From Neoconidiobolus thromboides FSU 785 (taxonomy: Eukaryota; Fungi; Entomophthoromycota), in contig MU626262.1 of NCBI GenBank assembly GCA_025603075.1, forward strand, positions 124,001-188,000: 64,000 nucleotides of DNA. Reading direction: 5' to 3'. Under the pieces are notes generated by a model that had not been told where the DNA came from, searched no databases, and saw only the letters and a list, made by a program, of their open reading frames with translations. The translations under genes were made by a program, and so were the position numbers. Of this stretch, positions 10,132 through 26,600 are shown one piece after another; the stretch's first letter is position 1; each line of letters starts with the position of its first letter.

Positions 10132-12177
10132 ATGTCAAAAGCACAGCAGATACTAGATATAGCATCTTCAAGCAAAGACATTTATTCTTTAGACCATGAA
10201 GAGCGAGATAGTGATTTAGATGAATATACCGATAATCAAGGAGAATCTGAGGCCCAATTTACAATTAGAGCAGCACTCCTAGGATCCATCTTAGGCTGTG
10301 TAGTATCAGCAAGTAATATTTATCTAGGATTAAAATCCGGATTCAGCTTCCCAGCTTCCATTTTTGGTGCAATATTAGGATATGCTATACTTAAGCCATG
10401 GTCTAAGTTACCATTATATCTTGGTGGGGGTTATTTTGGAATCAAAGAAAATTGTACAGTACAAACAGCAGCCACAGCAGCAGGAGGTTTATCGGTTGGA
10501 TTTATTAATGGTATACCAACAATGTTTCGGCTGGAGTTATTTCAGCTTCCATTGGACCATTATTGGAGTATGCTATTTTTATGGACGCTAGCAGCAGGTT
10601 TTTATGGTCTATTTTTTGCAATTCCTTTAAGATCCTACTTTATAATTAAACAAAAATTGATTTTTCCATCTCCTACTGCCTCAGCTAATACCATTCTTTC
10701 CTTACATTCCAAAGGTGGGAAAGAAGCAAAAATTCAAACTAAGTGGATTATGTATTCTTTTATAAGTGCTTTTATTTATAAAGTGGTAGGTTATTTTGTC
10801 CCATTTATTATTGACCTACATATTCTTTGGTGGATTTCAGTCCCGACTGGCTCCAAGTTATTAGCTACTATCGATGTTTTTTGGAGATGGCACTTTCAAT
10901 TAACAACTGCTTTTTTTGGTTCAGGCATGATTGTTGGTTTTAACACAGCCTTTTCTTTCTTCTTTGGAAGTGTATTAGCTTGGGGGATTATTGGCCCTGT
11001 ATTATTTTATAGTGATAATAATGAAATAGTGAAAGTATCTCCATGGGGGTATGATAAAAATAAAGCAACAGTTCAATCATGGAATTTATGGATTGGTACT
11101 GTCATTTTATTATGCTGTTCTTTTACTGAGTTATTGATGCAATCAAAGTCAATTTTTAATGGTTTTAAAAGTAGTTTGATCCAGCTTTATAATATAATTG
11201 CTAAATTATTTCGTATAAGAAGGGTTGAGCATAATCTCGGAAATAATGAAGATCCAGTTCCAGAAAATGAACTTGTTCCAACTTGGATGTGGGTTTCTGG
11301 TACTATAATTTCTGGAATACTTACAATTATTGTGTTAGTTATATATTTTGAGATGAATGTAGGGGCTGGAATATTAGCAATTATATTAGGATTTATGTTT
11401 TCACTTATAGGCTGTCAAGCAGCAGGTGAAACTGATATTAATCCAGTCGGGGTTATTGGAAAAGCATCTCAATTCGTATTTGCTGGAATACCTGGTGCTA
11501 ATTTAAAAGTACGACAACTTAATAATTTAATTGCTGGTTCACTTGCTGCAGCCTGTGGATCTCAGGCGGTAGATATGGTAGGAGATTTGAAAACTGGTCA
11601 CATTTTGAAAGCATCTCCACGCTCTCAGTTTTATGCACAGATTGTTGGATCTGTGTTTGGAGTTGTTATCGCCGTAGTTTTATTTATGTTATTTGGTAAA
11701 GCATATCCTTGTATTCTGATCCAACAGAAAATAGGCTCTCCACCCTGTGAATTTCCTGCACCAGGTGTTGCAGCTTGGACAGCTGTAACTCAAGCTTTGA
11801 CTTCAGATATATTAAGAGTTATTCCAGAATCATGTAGAATCGCTTGTTTGGTGTTTGGTTTAAGTACAATTATATTAGTTGTTCTTAAAAACAGCTACTT
11901 AAAAAAATATGCTGACTATATTCCAAATTGGAATGCTATTGGTATTGCTTTTATCAACCCAGCACCTGCACTCCCTATCGCCAGTGTCCTTGGTGCTTTA
12001 ATCGGGGTTATTTGGAATAAAGCAAATCCAAAATACTGGAAAATTATGGGAATTGCTTTAGCATCTGGTTTAATTGCTGGTGAAGGCACTGGGGGAGTAT
12101 TTCATGCAATTTTTAATATTGTTGGTTTGGATCCTAAAAAAGTATCAACAATGTTTGCAATGCCTATAGCTTTATAG
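10132..12177 (+). CDS. OPT-superfamily transporter (YSL-like clade), paralog 2, intronless
   Basis: Same motifs as paralog 1 (NIYLGLKSG, ENCTVQTAATAAGG, DMVGDLKTG, LASGLIAGEG). First ATG is at 10132; the ORF track starts at a TTG at 10123. Confidence 0.92.
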   Translation: MSKAQQILDIASSSKDIYSLDHEERDSDLDEYTDNQGESEAQFTIRAALLGSILGCVVSASNIYLGLKSGFSFPASIFGAILGYAILKPWSKLPLYLGGGYFGIKENCTVQTAATAAGGLSVGFINGIPTMFRLELFQLPLDHYWSMLFLWTLAAGFYGLFFAIPLRSYFIIKQKLIFPSPTASANTILSLHSKGGKEAKIQTKWIMYSFISAFIYKVVGYFVPFIIDLHILWWISVPTGSKLLATIDVFWRWHFQLTTAFFGSGMIVGFNTAFSFFFGSVLAWGIIGPVLFYSDNNEIVKVSPWGYDKNKATVQSWNLWIGTVILLCCSFTELLMQSKSIFNGFKSSLIQLYNIIAKLFRIRRVEHNLGNNEDPVPENELVPTWMWVSGTIISGILTIIVLVIYFEMNVGAGILAIILGFMFSLIGCQAAGETDINPVGVIGKASQFVFAGIPGANLKVRQLNNLIAGSLAAACGSQAVDMVGDLKTGHILKASPRSQFYAQIVGSVFGVVIAVVLFMLFGKAYPCILIQQKIGSPPCEFPAPGVAAWTAVTQALTSDILRVIPESCRIACLVFGLSTIILVVLKNSYLKKYADYIPNWNAIGIAFINPAPALPIASVLGALIGVIWNKANPKYWKIMGIALASGLIAGEGTGGVFHAIFNIVGLDPKKVSTMFAMPIAL

Positions 12178-12576
12178 TAGCAGTTTTATACAATAAATCC
12201 AATTAAAGTTTATTATTAATTTAATTTATTTATAAATCTTGTTTTATCCCAAAAAAAATTAGCTTAAGCTACTGAAATTTAATCATATTAAGAATTTTTG
12301 TATAATGATGCTTTTGTTTTTTATTTTTTTATAATTTATTTTTAGTAGTAAATCAAATTGATCAACTAAAGTAAAAGTAACTTAATATTACTTAATCTAA
12401 TTTTTTAAATGCTGAAAATATTCTACTTTTATTGTTGAGATTTTATATTCTATTGTTGAAACTAACTAATTAATTGTTGAGAATTAATTGTCTTTAAAAC
12501 AAAAAAATTGCCAACTATTTAAAAGTAAAATCTATCAATTTTTATAATCATATTAATTGATACAAAACACTACATA

Positions 12577-12684
12577 CTATGAGTATATATTTTTTTGTTT
12601 AGGAATTTTATTAGAAATTTTTCCATTCAAATAGTGCTTAGAAAAATGGAAAAAGTGATGAGACAAAAGAACACCCTCCTACAT
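12577..12684 (-). mobile_element. ~105-bp palindromic MITE-like repeat, copy 4 (diverged)
   Basis: ...GAATTTTATTAGAAATTTTTCCATTCAAATAGTGCTTAGAAAAATGGAAAAAGTGATG...CACCCTCC. Confidence 0.75.
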
Positions 12685-14188
12685 TTACGATTTTTTTATT
12701 CTATAAACCTTGACCCTTAAACCCTCTGTAATTTATAAATAAACTGAAAAAAAGGTGTTTCATTGAATTTTTGTCAAAAACTTATGCATTACATGATAGA
12801 AATCAATTATTATTACTACATTTAATTATGCTAGGTGGTATGACCTTAGTTTTATGGTGCTAGTTAGCAAACGTGGATCAACTTTTATATAAAAAGGAGT
12901 TCATAATAAGACATATTTTTTAAAAGGCGAATGATCAAAAGACATTTTTATTAAATTGATCACTTTAAAAAAATATTATTGAAAAATAATTCCATTCATT
13001 TTAATATTGTATTATTACTCTGTAGGTATATTAATAAAACCGTAGGTTGTATAGATATCTTTTGAATTTAACCCGTTCTCTCCTTTTTTATCATAAATGA
13101 TAATAAAATTATTCTTTAAAAGTTTGACTAAGAAGTAAATAAGATTCTAGGTTATTAAAGCCATTGCGCATATAGAAGTTTATCAAAACCTTTTCTAACA
13201 TGTTGTCAAAGCATGCCGCCTACATTCACCTCTTTAAATAAAACTAAGTGGAAAAAACTATCTTCCCTTCCTTTGGAGAAATCATCTTAAATAAAAATAT
13301 TGTGGATTTTTTATTTTATCGTCTTATAGATATCAAGGATATGCTTGGAATTATTTTATTAAAATTTATTTGATAAAAGTGTTCTTAAACCTGTTATTTC
13401 AAATAAAACGTTATCAATAACAGTAGTTTTTCGGTATTATATTACTAATAGATATTATTTAATATTTAGATTAAGCGCAAGTTATAGCTATTTGAGTATT
13501 AAAATAAGGTTTATTTAAACATAAGTGGTATGGTAAAGTAGAAGAACCTAAAAAAAAGATAAGATAACTTACCCTTTTTAAGATAGAATCATGTTATCTT
13601 ATATATTTCTAAATTCAAATAAGAATTGAATTCAAGTGACAGCAATTTTAATTAGAAAAATAGATGGAGTAACTGAATTTATTGCTTTTATTCTGAACCA
13701 ATTCTTTTTTAAATTACACTTGTTAGGAATTCTCAATGATTGTTTTTAGTTTTAAGGAAGACACCATCGGGTGTTTATTATTTGACGTGGAAAGAGTCAT
13801 TATCGAAATTCTTGATTATCATGTTCTAATGTTGATTCAATATTAAGAGATAATATTAATTTAAAATATTAAAAAATAAAGTATCATTATAAAGAAAGTA
13901 AAGTAATTGAAACACCCAATAGTAGTTTGATTATTTGCAATAAATTAAACGTTATTACTTGTATTTTTTACTATTTCCAGTTTAATTAACGGTTCTTAAG
14001 AATACAATTTTTTTGGCTATTCAATACTGCTATGGTAGGAATTAAGAATCATCCCGACTTCACATGATTGTAATTTCTATCTAAAAACAGTCACTAGAAC
14101 TATTAAATTTATGGCATAAAAAAAAGCACTATAAATAAAGCTGAAAAGCAATTTGATTAATCAAACCTTTTTTAATAAATTATTTAAC

Positions 14189-16228
14189 ATGGCTTCAAAA
14201 GGAGACTTTGATCCTGCGACTTCGCCTGACGAAAAATATCAGTTAGATACAACTGAACATGACTCTGACGTTGACTCATATTATAAACACGAAGACGATG
14301 GAATTGATGTCCAATTTACTTGGAGAGCTGCTATCATAGGTTCCATTCTAGGATCCATTGTTGCCGCTAGTAATATGTACCTTGGTTTAAAATCTGGATG
14401 GACTTTCTCTGCTTCTATTTTTGGTGCTATTCTTGGTTTTGGTATTCTTAAACCATTATCAAAATTGCCACCTGCTTGGGGTGGTGGCGAATTTGGTATG
14501 AAAGAAAATTGTACTGTTCAAACAGCTGCTACTGCTGCTGGTGGTCTTTCTGCTGGTTTTGTTGCAGGTGTTCCTGCTATGTTCCGTCTCGGATTACTTG
14601 ATCCTGATATTACTAAACATTGGGGTATGTTCTTCTTATGGACATTAGCTGCTGGTTTTTATGGTTTATTCTTTGCTGTTCCTTTAAGATCTTATTTCGT
14701 TATCCAACAAAAGCTAATTTTCCCATCCCCTACTGCTTCAGCTAACACCATTCGCTCATTACATGCAGGTGATGGTGAAGAAGCTAGGACCCAAACTAGA
14801 TGGATTATTTACTCTTTCTTAGGAGCTGTTATCCATAAAATTGTTGGGTATTTCGTTCCTTTCTTAATTGATATGCATGTCTTATTTTGGTTCTCTATTC
14901 CATCAGGTAACGCTGTTTTACAAGCAATTGATCCATTGTGGAGATGGCAGCTTCAAATCACAACCGCTTTCTTTGGAGCAGGTATGATGGTAGGGCTGAA
15001 TACTGCGGCATCTTTCCTCTTTGGTGATCTTTTAGCTTGGGCAATCATTGGTCCTATCTTGTTTTATGGCGACAACGATATTGTTGTTAAAAAATCACCA
15101 TGGGGTTACAGTAAAGAGAAAGCAACTGTCCAATCTTGGAATTTATGGATCGGTATTGTTATTATGTTGTGCGCCTCCTTCACTGAATTATTTATGCAAT
15201 ATAAATCTTTATGGAATGGCGTCAAAGGTGGTTTTATTCAACTTTGGAATCTTATTGCTAAGGTACTTCCCATCAAGAAGATTGACTTTGACGGATCAGA
15301 TAATAAAGATCCAGTTTCAGAGCATGAACTTATACCTACTTGGATGTGGATGTCTGGAACGCTGGTTTCTCTTATCCTTACTATTTTAGTATTATACTTT
15401 TACTTCGATATGAACGTAGGAGCTGGTATTTTAGCTGCGCTCTTAGGTTTTGTCTTCTCATTTATTGGATGTCAATCTTCTGGCGAAACTGATATTAATC
15501 CAACTGGTGTTATTGGAAAAGCATCTCAGTTCGTATTTGCTGGTATCCATGCTGAAACGTTACAACTTACTCAACTTCATAATTTAATTGCTGGTGTTTT
15601 ATCTGCTTCATGTGGATCTCAAACAGTAGATATGGTAGGTGATCTGAAAACGGGCCATTTATTACGTGCTTCACCACGTTCTCAATTCTACGCACAAATT
15701 GTTGGTTCCGTATTTGGTATAGTTATTGCTGTAGTTTTATTCGTGTTATTTGGTAAAGCATATCCCTGCATTTTAGTAAAAGAACCAGAAGGTGCACCAG
15801 CATGTACTTTCCCTGTTCCTGCAGTTTCTGCTTGGGCTGGTGTTACTGAAGCTTTAACATCTGATATCTTAAAGATGGTCCCAGAATCTTGCCGTATTGC
15901 ATGTTTAGTCTTTGGATTAGTTACAATTGCAACTATTGTTCTTAAGAACACTTACTTAAAGAAATACTCTGCTTATATTCCTAATTGGAACGCCATTGGG
16001 GTTGCTTTTGTTAATCCAGCACCATATATTCCAGTTGCTAACTTCATTGGAGCCTTAATTGCACTTGTATGGAACAAAATTAATCCAAGATACTGGAGTA
16101 TTATGGGTATTGCCTTAGCATCTGGCTTGATTGCAGGTGAGGGTATTGGTGGGGTTTTCCATGCCATTTTCAATATTGCTGGGGTAACTGAAGAAGAATA
16201 CTCTACCACTTGGGCTATGCCTGTCTAA
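14189..16228 (+). CDS. OPT-superfamily transporter (YSL-like clade), paralog 3, intronless
   Basis: Same motif set. First ATG is at 14189 (MASKGDF); the ORF track starts at a TTG at 14153. Confidence 0.92.
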   Translation: MASKGDFDPATSPDEKYQLDTTEHDSDVDSYYKHEDDGIDVQFTWRAAIIGSILGSIVAASNMYLGLKSGWTFSASIFGAILGFGILKPLSKLPPAWGGGEFGMKENCTVQTAATAAGGLSAGFVAGVPAMFRLGLLDPDITKHWGMFFLWTLAAGFYGLFFAVPLRSYFVIQQKLIFPSPTASANTIRSLHAGDGEEARTQTRWIIYSFLGAVIHKIVGYFVPFLIDMHVLFWFSIPSGNAVLQAIDPLWRWQLQITTAFFGAGMMVGLNTAASFLFGDLLAWAIIGPILFYGDNDIVVKKSPWGYSKEKATVQSWNLWIGIVIMLCASFTELFMQYKSLWNGVKGGFIQLWNLIAKVLPIKKIDFDGSDNKDPVSEHELIPTWMWMSGTLVSLILTILVLYFYFDMNVGAGILAALLGFVFSFIGCQSSGETDINPTGVIGKASQFVFAGIHAETLQLTQLHNLIAGVLSASCGSQTVDMVGDLKTGHLLRASPRSQFYAQIVGSVFGIVIAVVLFVLFGKAYPCILVKEPEGAPACTFPVPAVSAWAGVTEALTSDILKMVPESCRIACLVFGLVTIATIVLKNTYLKKYSAYIPNWNAIGVAFVNPAPYIPVANFIGALIALVWNKINPRYWSIMGIALASGLIAGEGIGGVFHAIFNIAGVTEEEYSTTWAMPV

Positions 16229-16410
16229 TTCTATTGTTATAATTTTGCATTTTCGACATTCTAATTTTAAATTATTGAATAATAAATGAATACTTTTTAT
16301 TTAACTGGAGTTTTGAATATTCACTTTTTGACTAGTTATATTTTTAATTTAAACTTCTAACAAGCGACTTCCATAACATTTATAGTGGTGCCATGAAAAT
16401 CATGAAATAG

Positions 16411-16515
16411 ATATGGAGGTGTCTTTTTTTGATTTTCATTACTTTTTCAATTTTTTAAGTACTATTTCAGTGGTAAAGTTATTAGCAAGATTTAAATAAA
16501 AACACATCCTCATAT
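16411..16515 (+). mobile_element. ~105-bp palindromic MITE-like repeat, copy 5
   Basis: ATATGGAGGTG...TTTTTTAAGTACTATTTCAGTGG...CACATCCTCATAT; a further right-end fragment (AAAATACATCTCCATAT) follows near 16576-16592. Confidence 0.8.
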
Positions 16516-17560
16516 AAATATTATATTTAGAAAGTAAGGTTTTTTAATATTCATCTAGTATATTAAATTCTTCTTAAAATACATCTCCATATATCAAGTT
16601 TTGTTTATAAAAGGACTTTAGATTTCTATATCTTTTGTATGCCATATCAAGCCATAAAATGTTAACAATTCAAGCTTAAAATAAGAAAAGAAATTTATTA
16701 ACACTAATAATTTTAAATACATAATTTTAAAAACTTTTATTATAAAGTAGATATAAATATATTTTAATGCAATTTTATTAAGTAGCTTTTAAGCAAGTTT
16801 TTTAAGCTTTTAAACAAGACTATACTTAAATTTGTTAAAAAGTAAATAATTCATTAATTTTTGTAAATATCATTACTTTTTAAAAGACATCATAAGGTTC
16901 TGTAGTTTTATTAATAAAAATTGAAAATAAGTCTATAAAGGCGCGAAGTCAAATAAAGGACATTGTTTACAAAAAGCAGTAACTTGTTATTTACAGGGCG
17001 CCTAAATCAGATAATAACCTAGAAGCAAGAAGCATAAAGAGGAATTAAATTTAAAATTTAATAATCAAATGACTCTGAGTCATATTAATTAGTAATGTAT
17101 TCTTATAAAAAAGTGTTAATTAGAAAAATCATAAGTAAAAATCACAGATTTCAAATAGAATAAAGATCTTAATTTAGCAAGCTCTCGCTATACTGCTTCT
17201 TCTACTCTTCTATAGATACTATACTTCATTACTGGTAACTAACACTTGAGTTTTTTTAAAGCACACCTTAATTAACTGCAAAAATTCAAAATCTACAGTT
17301 CATTACTTTTCTCCCAACTCGATTTCTTAGTTTAATTTCCAACTATAGTAATCATTTCTCGAAGTTGCTAGAAAGCCAAAAAAGACGTCATACTCCCTAA
17401 TTTGATTTGAATTTGCAATAATCGAATTAATTAAGGGAATAATTCTTTTTATGAACTAGATTGCAAGCTATTATTAATAGCTGATTATCTTATTTTTTTA
17501 ATTTTTTTTAGATTATCTTGTGAAAGAAAGTATTATTAATAATTAAAAAGCGAAATTCCA

Positions 17561-19315
17561 ATGCGAGTTTATAGTGTCACGCCAATATTAAGAACAATAC
17601 AAAGATGTAGTGGAGTTTCTTCCAATTTTGTTAAGTCAAGAAATATTAGTACTAAGTCTGCATTTCAAAAGCAAAGTAATTGGTATCAAAAAACACAAAA
17701 ACATCAATTTCATCAATCTTCCGCTGTTTCTAAACAGGATTTTTATAAAACATTAGGTGTTGATAAAAAAGCATCAAGCTCTGAAATCAAAAAAGCTTAT
17801 TATCAATTAGCTAAAAAATATCACCCAGATACTAACAAAGGTGATAAAAACGCTCAAGAAAAATTTATTGAAATTCAAGAAGCTTATGAGGTAAAAGAAG
17901 GTTTTGAATTTTAATCTATTTATATTAAATTTTTTTAAAAAATAGTGTTTATCTGATGAACAAAAGAGAGCAGCTTATGATCAATTTGGTCATGGGTTTG
18001 ATGGTAGTGGTAAGCTATTTTTAAGAGTTAAATAATAATAATGATTTATTTTATATTTAAAGGTGGTTATAACCCAGGAGCTGGAGGGTTTGATGGGTTT
18101 GGAGGTTTTGGTCAAGGTGGTTTTTCACAAGGTTTTGGAGGAGGCCAAGGTTTCAATCCAGAAGATTTATTTTCACAATTTTTTGGTGGAGGTTTTGGTA
18201 AAGGAAGAGCAGGTAGAAGTGGCTTCGATTTAACTGGAGAAGATATCCAGGTAAAGAAATAGTACAATAATCCCAACTTAATACTAAACAACAATTTTTT
18301 AGGTTAATATGAATATTTCATTTATGGAAGCAGCTAAAGGAGTTAACAAAAAAGTACGTATTCAACCTATAATCAATTGTTCCACTTGTAAAGGTCATGG
18401 TACTAAAGATGCTAAGAAGCCAGATCCATGCCCAAGCTGTCATGGTTCAGGTCAACAAATATTTAATACAATGCAAGGTATATTAGCAAGAACTTGTTCT
18501 ACTTGTGATGGTTCAGGTGCCAAAGTAAAGAAAGGATCAGAGTGTAGTACCTGCGGTGGTATGGGTAGAGTTAGAGATAACAAATTAGTAGATGTTAATA
18601 TACCAGCAGGTAATTTCAATTTAAGGAATTAAAATAGTTTAACTAATATTAATACTTTTTAAGGTGTTGATGATGGTGTCAAATTAAGAGTAAGTGGAGA
18701 AGGTGATTCCCCAATAGAAGGACAAGGACGTCGTGGGGATTTATTTGTTAAATTAAGAGTACAACCATCACAAACATTTAAACGTAGTGGACCAGATGTT
18801 CATGTTGAGGCGAAGGTACCTTTTCAAACCGCTATATTGGGAGGCTTCATTAGAATCCCTACAATTGATGGAGATGTTGAACTTAAAATTACACCAGGAT
18901 CTCAATCGAACGATACCTTAGTATTAAAAGGAAAAGGTATTTCTAAATTAAATTCACGTAATGGCAAAGGAGATCAATATGTTAATTTACATATATCAGT
19001 ACCCAAGTAAGTGAAATTTCAATTTTTTTTAATGTGATATATTAATATTTTAAATTTAGAAAATTAACGGATAAACAAAAAGAATTAATAGAAGAATTTT
19101 CAAAGACATTAAATAATAATGATAAAAAGAAAGGTAATGACGATCAAGATATTGAAAATAAGGAAGGATCTAATAGTAATAAAAAGGGTCGATTTTTTAA
19201 TAAGATCTTTGACAAATTCATGAAAGATAATGAAGATAATGGAAAAAGTAAAGAAGATATAAAAAAAGAAAGTAAAAAAGAAGATGATGAAAGTAAAAAA
19301 GCAGCCTCAGCGTAA
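17561..19315 (+). CDS. MDJ1: Mitochondrial type I DnaJ/Hsp40 co-chaperone
   Basis: Exons 17561-17890, 17946-18009, 18063-18250, 18303-18609, 18664-19006, 19060-19315 (GT-AG; 1488 nt, in frame). Basic presequence, J domain with HPD, G/F-rich linker, four CxxCxGxG repeats, C-terminal domain. Confidence 0.93.
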
Positions 19316-19772
19316 CCAATTTATGAGTTATAGAAAGAAGTAATGTATTAAAACTATTTTGAAAAGTAGTTTAATAGAAAATATAAAAAATTCGATTATG
19401 AATCAAATTAGAATCAAGTTTTATTTTAATTGAAAGTAAAAATATAAGTAAATTTTATTTTCATTGTCTTTTGTAACTTTATTTTTTATTGTTATAGATT
19501 TAGTATTTTACTATCTTTTAAATGGTTATAAATTAATGAACAATCAGGTTGAATACTAATTTTTAAATTAAATTGAATTTATATTACACTTATAACTCAT
19601 TATTTTTATATAATAAATAAATAAAAGAAACAACAGAATTTTAATCTAAACAATCAAAAATATATTAATTTGATATAAATAGCTTATTTTATTCAAGCCT
19701 AATAAAATCCTAAATCCATTCTAATGTTCTAAAAAAAATTCATTAAAATCTCATCATTTATCAAACTCAAAT

Positions 19773-23210
<3,438 letters not shown>

Positions 23211-23606
23211 AATGTATTTTTTTGAGCTTTCTTTTAAAATAATAGTTCTAAAAGTTTAAAATTTAACATGCTGGTTGAGGATTTCAATTACTTGCTTATC
23301 GGATTTTTAAAATGGAATTTTACGTCACGATTTTCAAATTGGGAATGATTATTGGTAGAAAACTTAAATGAGCTATTATTATCTCGGATAATAAAACTTG
23401 ATAGATAAGATATCATAATGTATTCAAAAATTCAATCACTATTAGAAATAATTTCAGTAAGCCTAAAAGTCTAGATTCTTTCTTTTCATAATTATTTATT
23501 TATCAATATAAATAAAATAAACAAAACTAAATATAAAGCATCAAATTTTTATTATTTTATTAACTTCTCAAAAAAAATTACTTTTTCTTCTTGGTCTAAA
23601 AAAAGA

Positions 23607-26600
23607 TTAAATTTGAATCTTGTCATAACATTGACTATGAATAAATGAATTTTGCCATAAAGCAAGTTCTTGATTTAATTGTAATATCTGATCACAAATA
23701 GTACATTTATCGTCTTTTTTTAATAATATAGCTGAAGCTTTTTGATGTTCGTTAGCAATGAATTTATTTAACTAAATTTAAAAAAAAAAACATTAATATT
23801 AATAAATAAAAAGAATAATATAGAAAGGGATTAAAATGAAATCAAACTTACTTGAACTGTCAATGATAAATTTAAATTTTTTTGAATTTTTTGTATATTT
23901 TTTAAACACACTATTTTTCGACCTTTATATATTAAAAATTGAGAGATTATCGAATTGGGCCAATGATTAGGTAGTAATTCTAATACCTAAAAATAATAAG
24001 ATTTATATCAAAATAAAATAACAATTGTTATATAGTATTATTATTGTCAAAATAAAATTACCTCAAATACATCAAAAAATTGAATATAATTAGATAATAA
24101 ATACTCAATCTGATTAAATGAAATCAATCTAGAAATTTAATTGAATATTTTTAATTTTCACTCTCTTATAATATCAAATAGACACTTACTCATCTTCTAA
24201 GTTTAAATAAATTTTAAACAGTATATTAAATAACTTTTTTTGTAGCTTAGGATCTCGATTCAAAGGTTGAAAGAAATTACCGTTATTGATACAATATTCT
24301 ATAGCCATAAAATAATCTTGAAATTCAATTAATTTTAATAATACTTTTTCATGTTCTTTTTTCTAATAATAATAAAATTAATATTAATATTAACATTCAT
24401 TATAAATAATTGAAGTATTTCTATTTTAATATACAAAATAAAACTTACGATCCCATAAACACATGCCAACTCAAACATTAAATGAGTATTAGTTAACTCT
24501 TTTAATATTATTTCAATTCCTTTCCATTCAATCAAAAATAATAATTGAATTAATTCTAATCGCATTTGACTAATTTTGTCTTTTTTTCCACTTAAAAAAT
24601 TTAAGAAAGTTAATTGAGGTTGAATACTTTTAGCTACTAAAAAGGTATGATCTATAATTGAGATAAAAATTAGTATATTATTATTACTATGTTATGTTAT
24701 GTTATTATTATTATATATTATATATTATATATTGTGACAATCTAAACTTACCTAATTGTTCCATTCTTTTATTAACTTTTTCATTATCTATTAATTGTAT
24801 ATAATTATAAAACAATTTTAAACATAAACCATAATCCTATATAAAAAGAATAGATTAATGGAAATTAACCTCAATATTAATAATATTAATAATAAAGTTT
24901 AGTTACCCTATTTTTATAAATAAATATTAAATTATATAAATATGAATTTAATGCTTTAATTGAATTAATGTCTTTTTTTAAACTTAAATTATTAATTATT
25001 AATTCATGATTCATTAATTCTATCATTTCTTTTCCACAGTTAATGATATTCTATATATATAAAATCAATTAAAATATTATTATAAATAAATATTCTTATT
25101 ATTATTATTACCTCCATTGTATTCAACGGCTCAATATTCAATAACCATAAAACAATTTCATTAATGTTTTTTAACTTTAATATCATTTCGATATTTTTAA
25201 AAAATAAACTCAAATCATTAAATTTTAATTTTAATATATTTGATATTTCATTTGCATTGTTATTATTATTTGTATTATGTACATTTTCATAGATTCTAAT
25301 AAATAATATCAACTATTATATTAAGCAATAAATTATTATTGCTATTAATTACCTTATCCAGCTTTGAATTACAAGATCATTTTCATTTAATCGTTTGTGA
25401 ATTAAAGATTCTGCATAATCCAACTAATTAAAATTAAAATAAACAAAACGTTAGTATTATGATAATAGTTTACTTTTAACTCCGTAATAAATTTTAAACA
25501 AGCATCCCAATCCGCAATTCGGCTATTTTCTAGTAATAAATACAATTGTTGTTCATCTTTGAATTCAGCATATAATTTAATTAATGTGGTATTTATAAAC
25601 TTTAACTATGAATGTATGCTATTGATTATTATACTCTTGCTATACACTTATAATGATAATTACCTCTTTGTAATTTGGATTTAGATTAAAATCTGATTTT
25701 TCATTATCATTTGTCATTTCTTCCTTGATAAATTTGTTTTTATACAATTTTAAATAGTCCAATAAAAACAATTCATATCTTTTAATTAAACTAGATTTTC
25801 TACTTTCCTCATTGACATCAATTAAACCCTTTCCTAGCAGTTCCATAACAATCTCTTCAATTTCCTCAAATCTATTTAAATAATTTAACATACCATACTC
25901 CATCAATACGTTTTCCCTTTTAAAGCATTGAATTAAATTTAATTTTTGATATTTACGATATTTTTTAAAATAGAGTGCAAAATTAGCTGGATGTAGTTGA
26001 TATTTTAAACTTAGTTTTTGACATAATTCAAATTCCATTTTAAAATACAATCTTAAACTTAATATTTTAATCATATATTGTATTTCTCGCTGAATAAGCG
26101 TAAAATGAACATTTTGCTCACTTACAATACTTTGAATTAATTCCATTTGTTTTTCAATTTCCAAATATGGCAATTTAATAGTATTTGTTTGAAACTAATA
26201 AAACAATGATTAACATTAATTACTTTTAATATATATCTTTTATTTTTTACATTACCTTAAAGCATAATCCATTATAACTTAGAGTATAAATTTGATTTCC
26301 CGAACATAAAAATAATGTATTATAAACTGTAAACTCTTGGTTTTTATTTACTTCCTCTTGCTCTTGCTCTTCCTTTCCTTCTTCTCTTTCTTCATTATTA
26401 ATTAAACTCAATTCCCTTTCTAATTCATTATTGATATAACTTAGTTTCATTCCACCAATCAAATGATTGAAAGAACAATTTAATGGAATCCTCTGGATCA
26501 ATTGACTGGTCATTAAATTAAATATTTGTAACTCTTTCGTAAAATAACTTATTATAAAAGGGTATTCAATTGCTATATAAATCTATTATTATTATTATTA

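Noticed and set aside
4322-15389. Alternative-frame and antisense ORFs inside long genes (e.g. 4322, 10382, 15048, 15688, 15973, 34736, 35279, 39143, 40569, 43423, 53113, 55526, 61205)
   Set aside because: They are shadows of real CDSs with no independent motifs.
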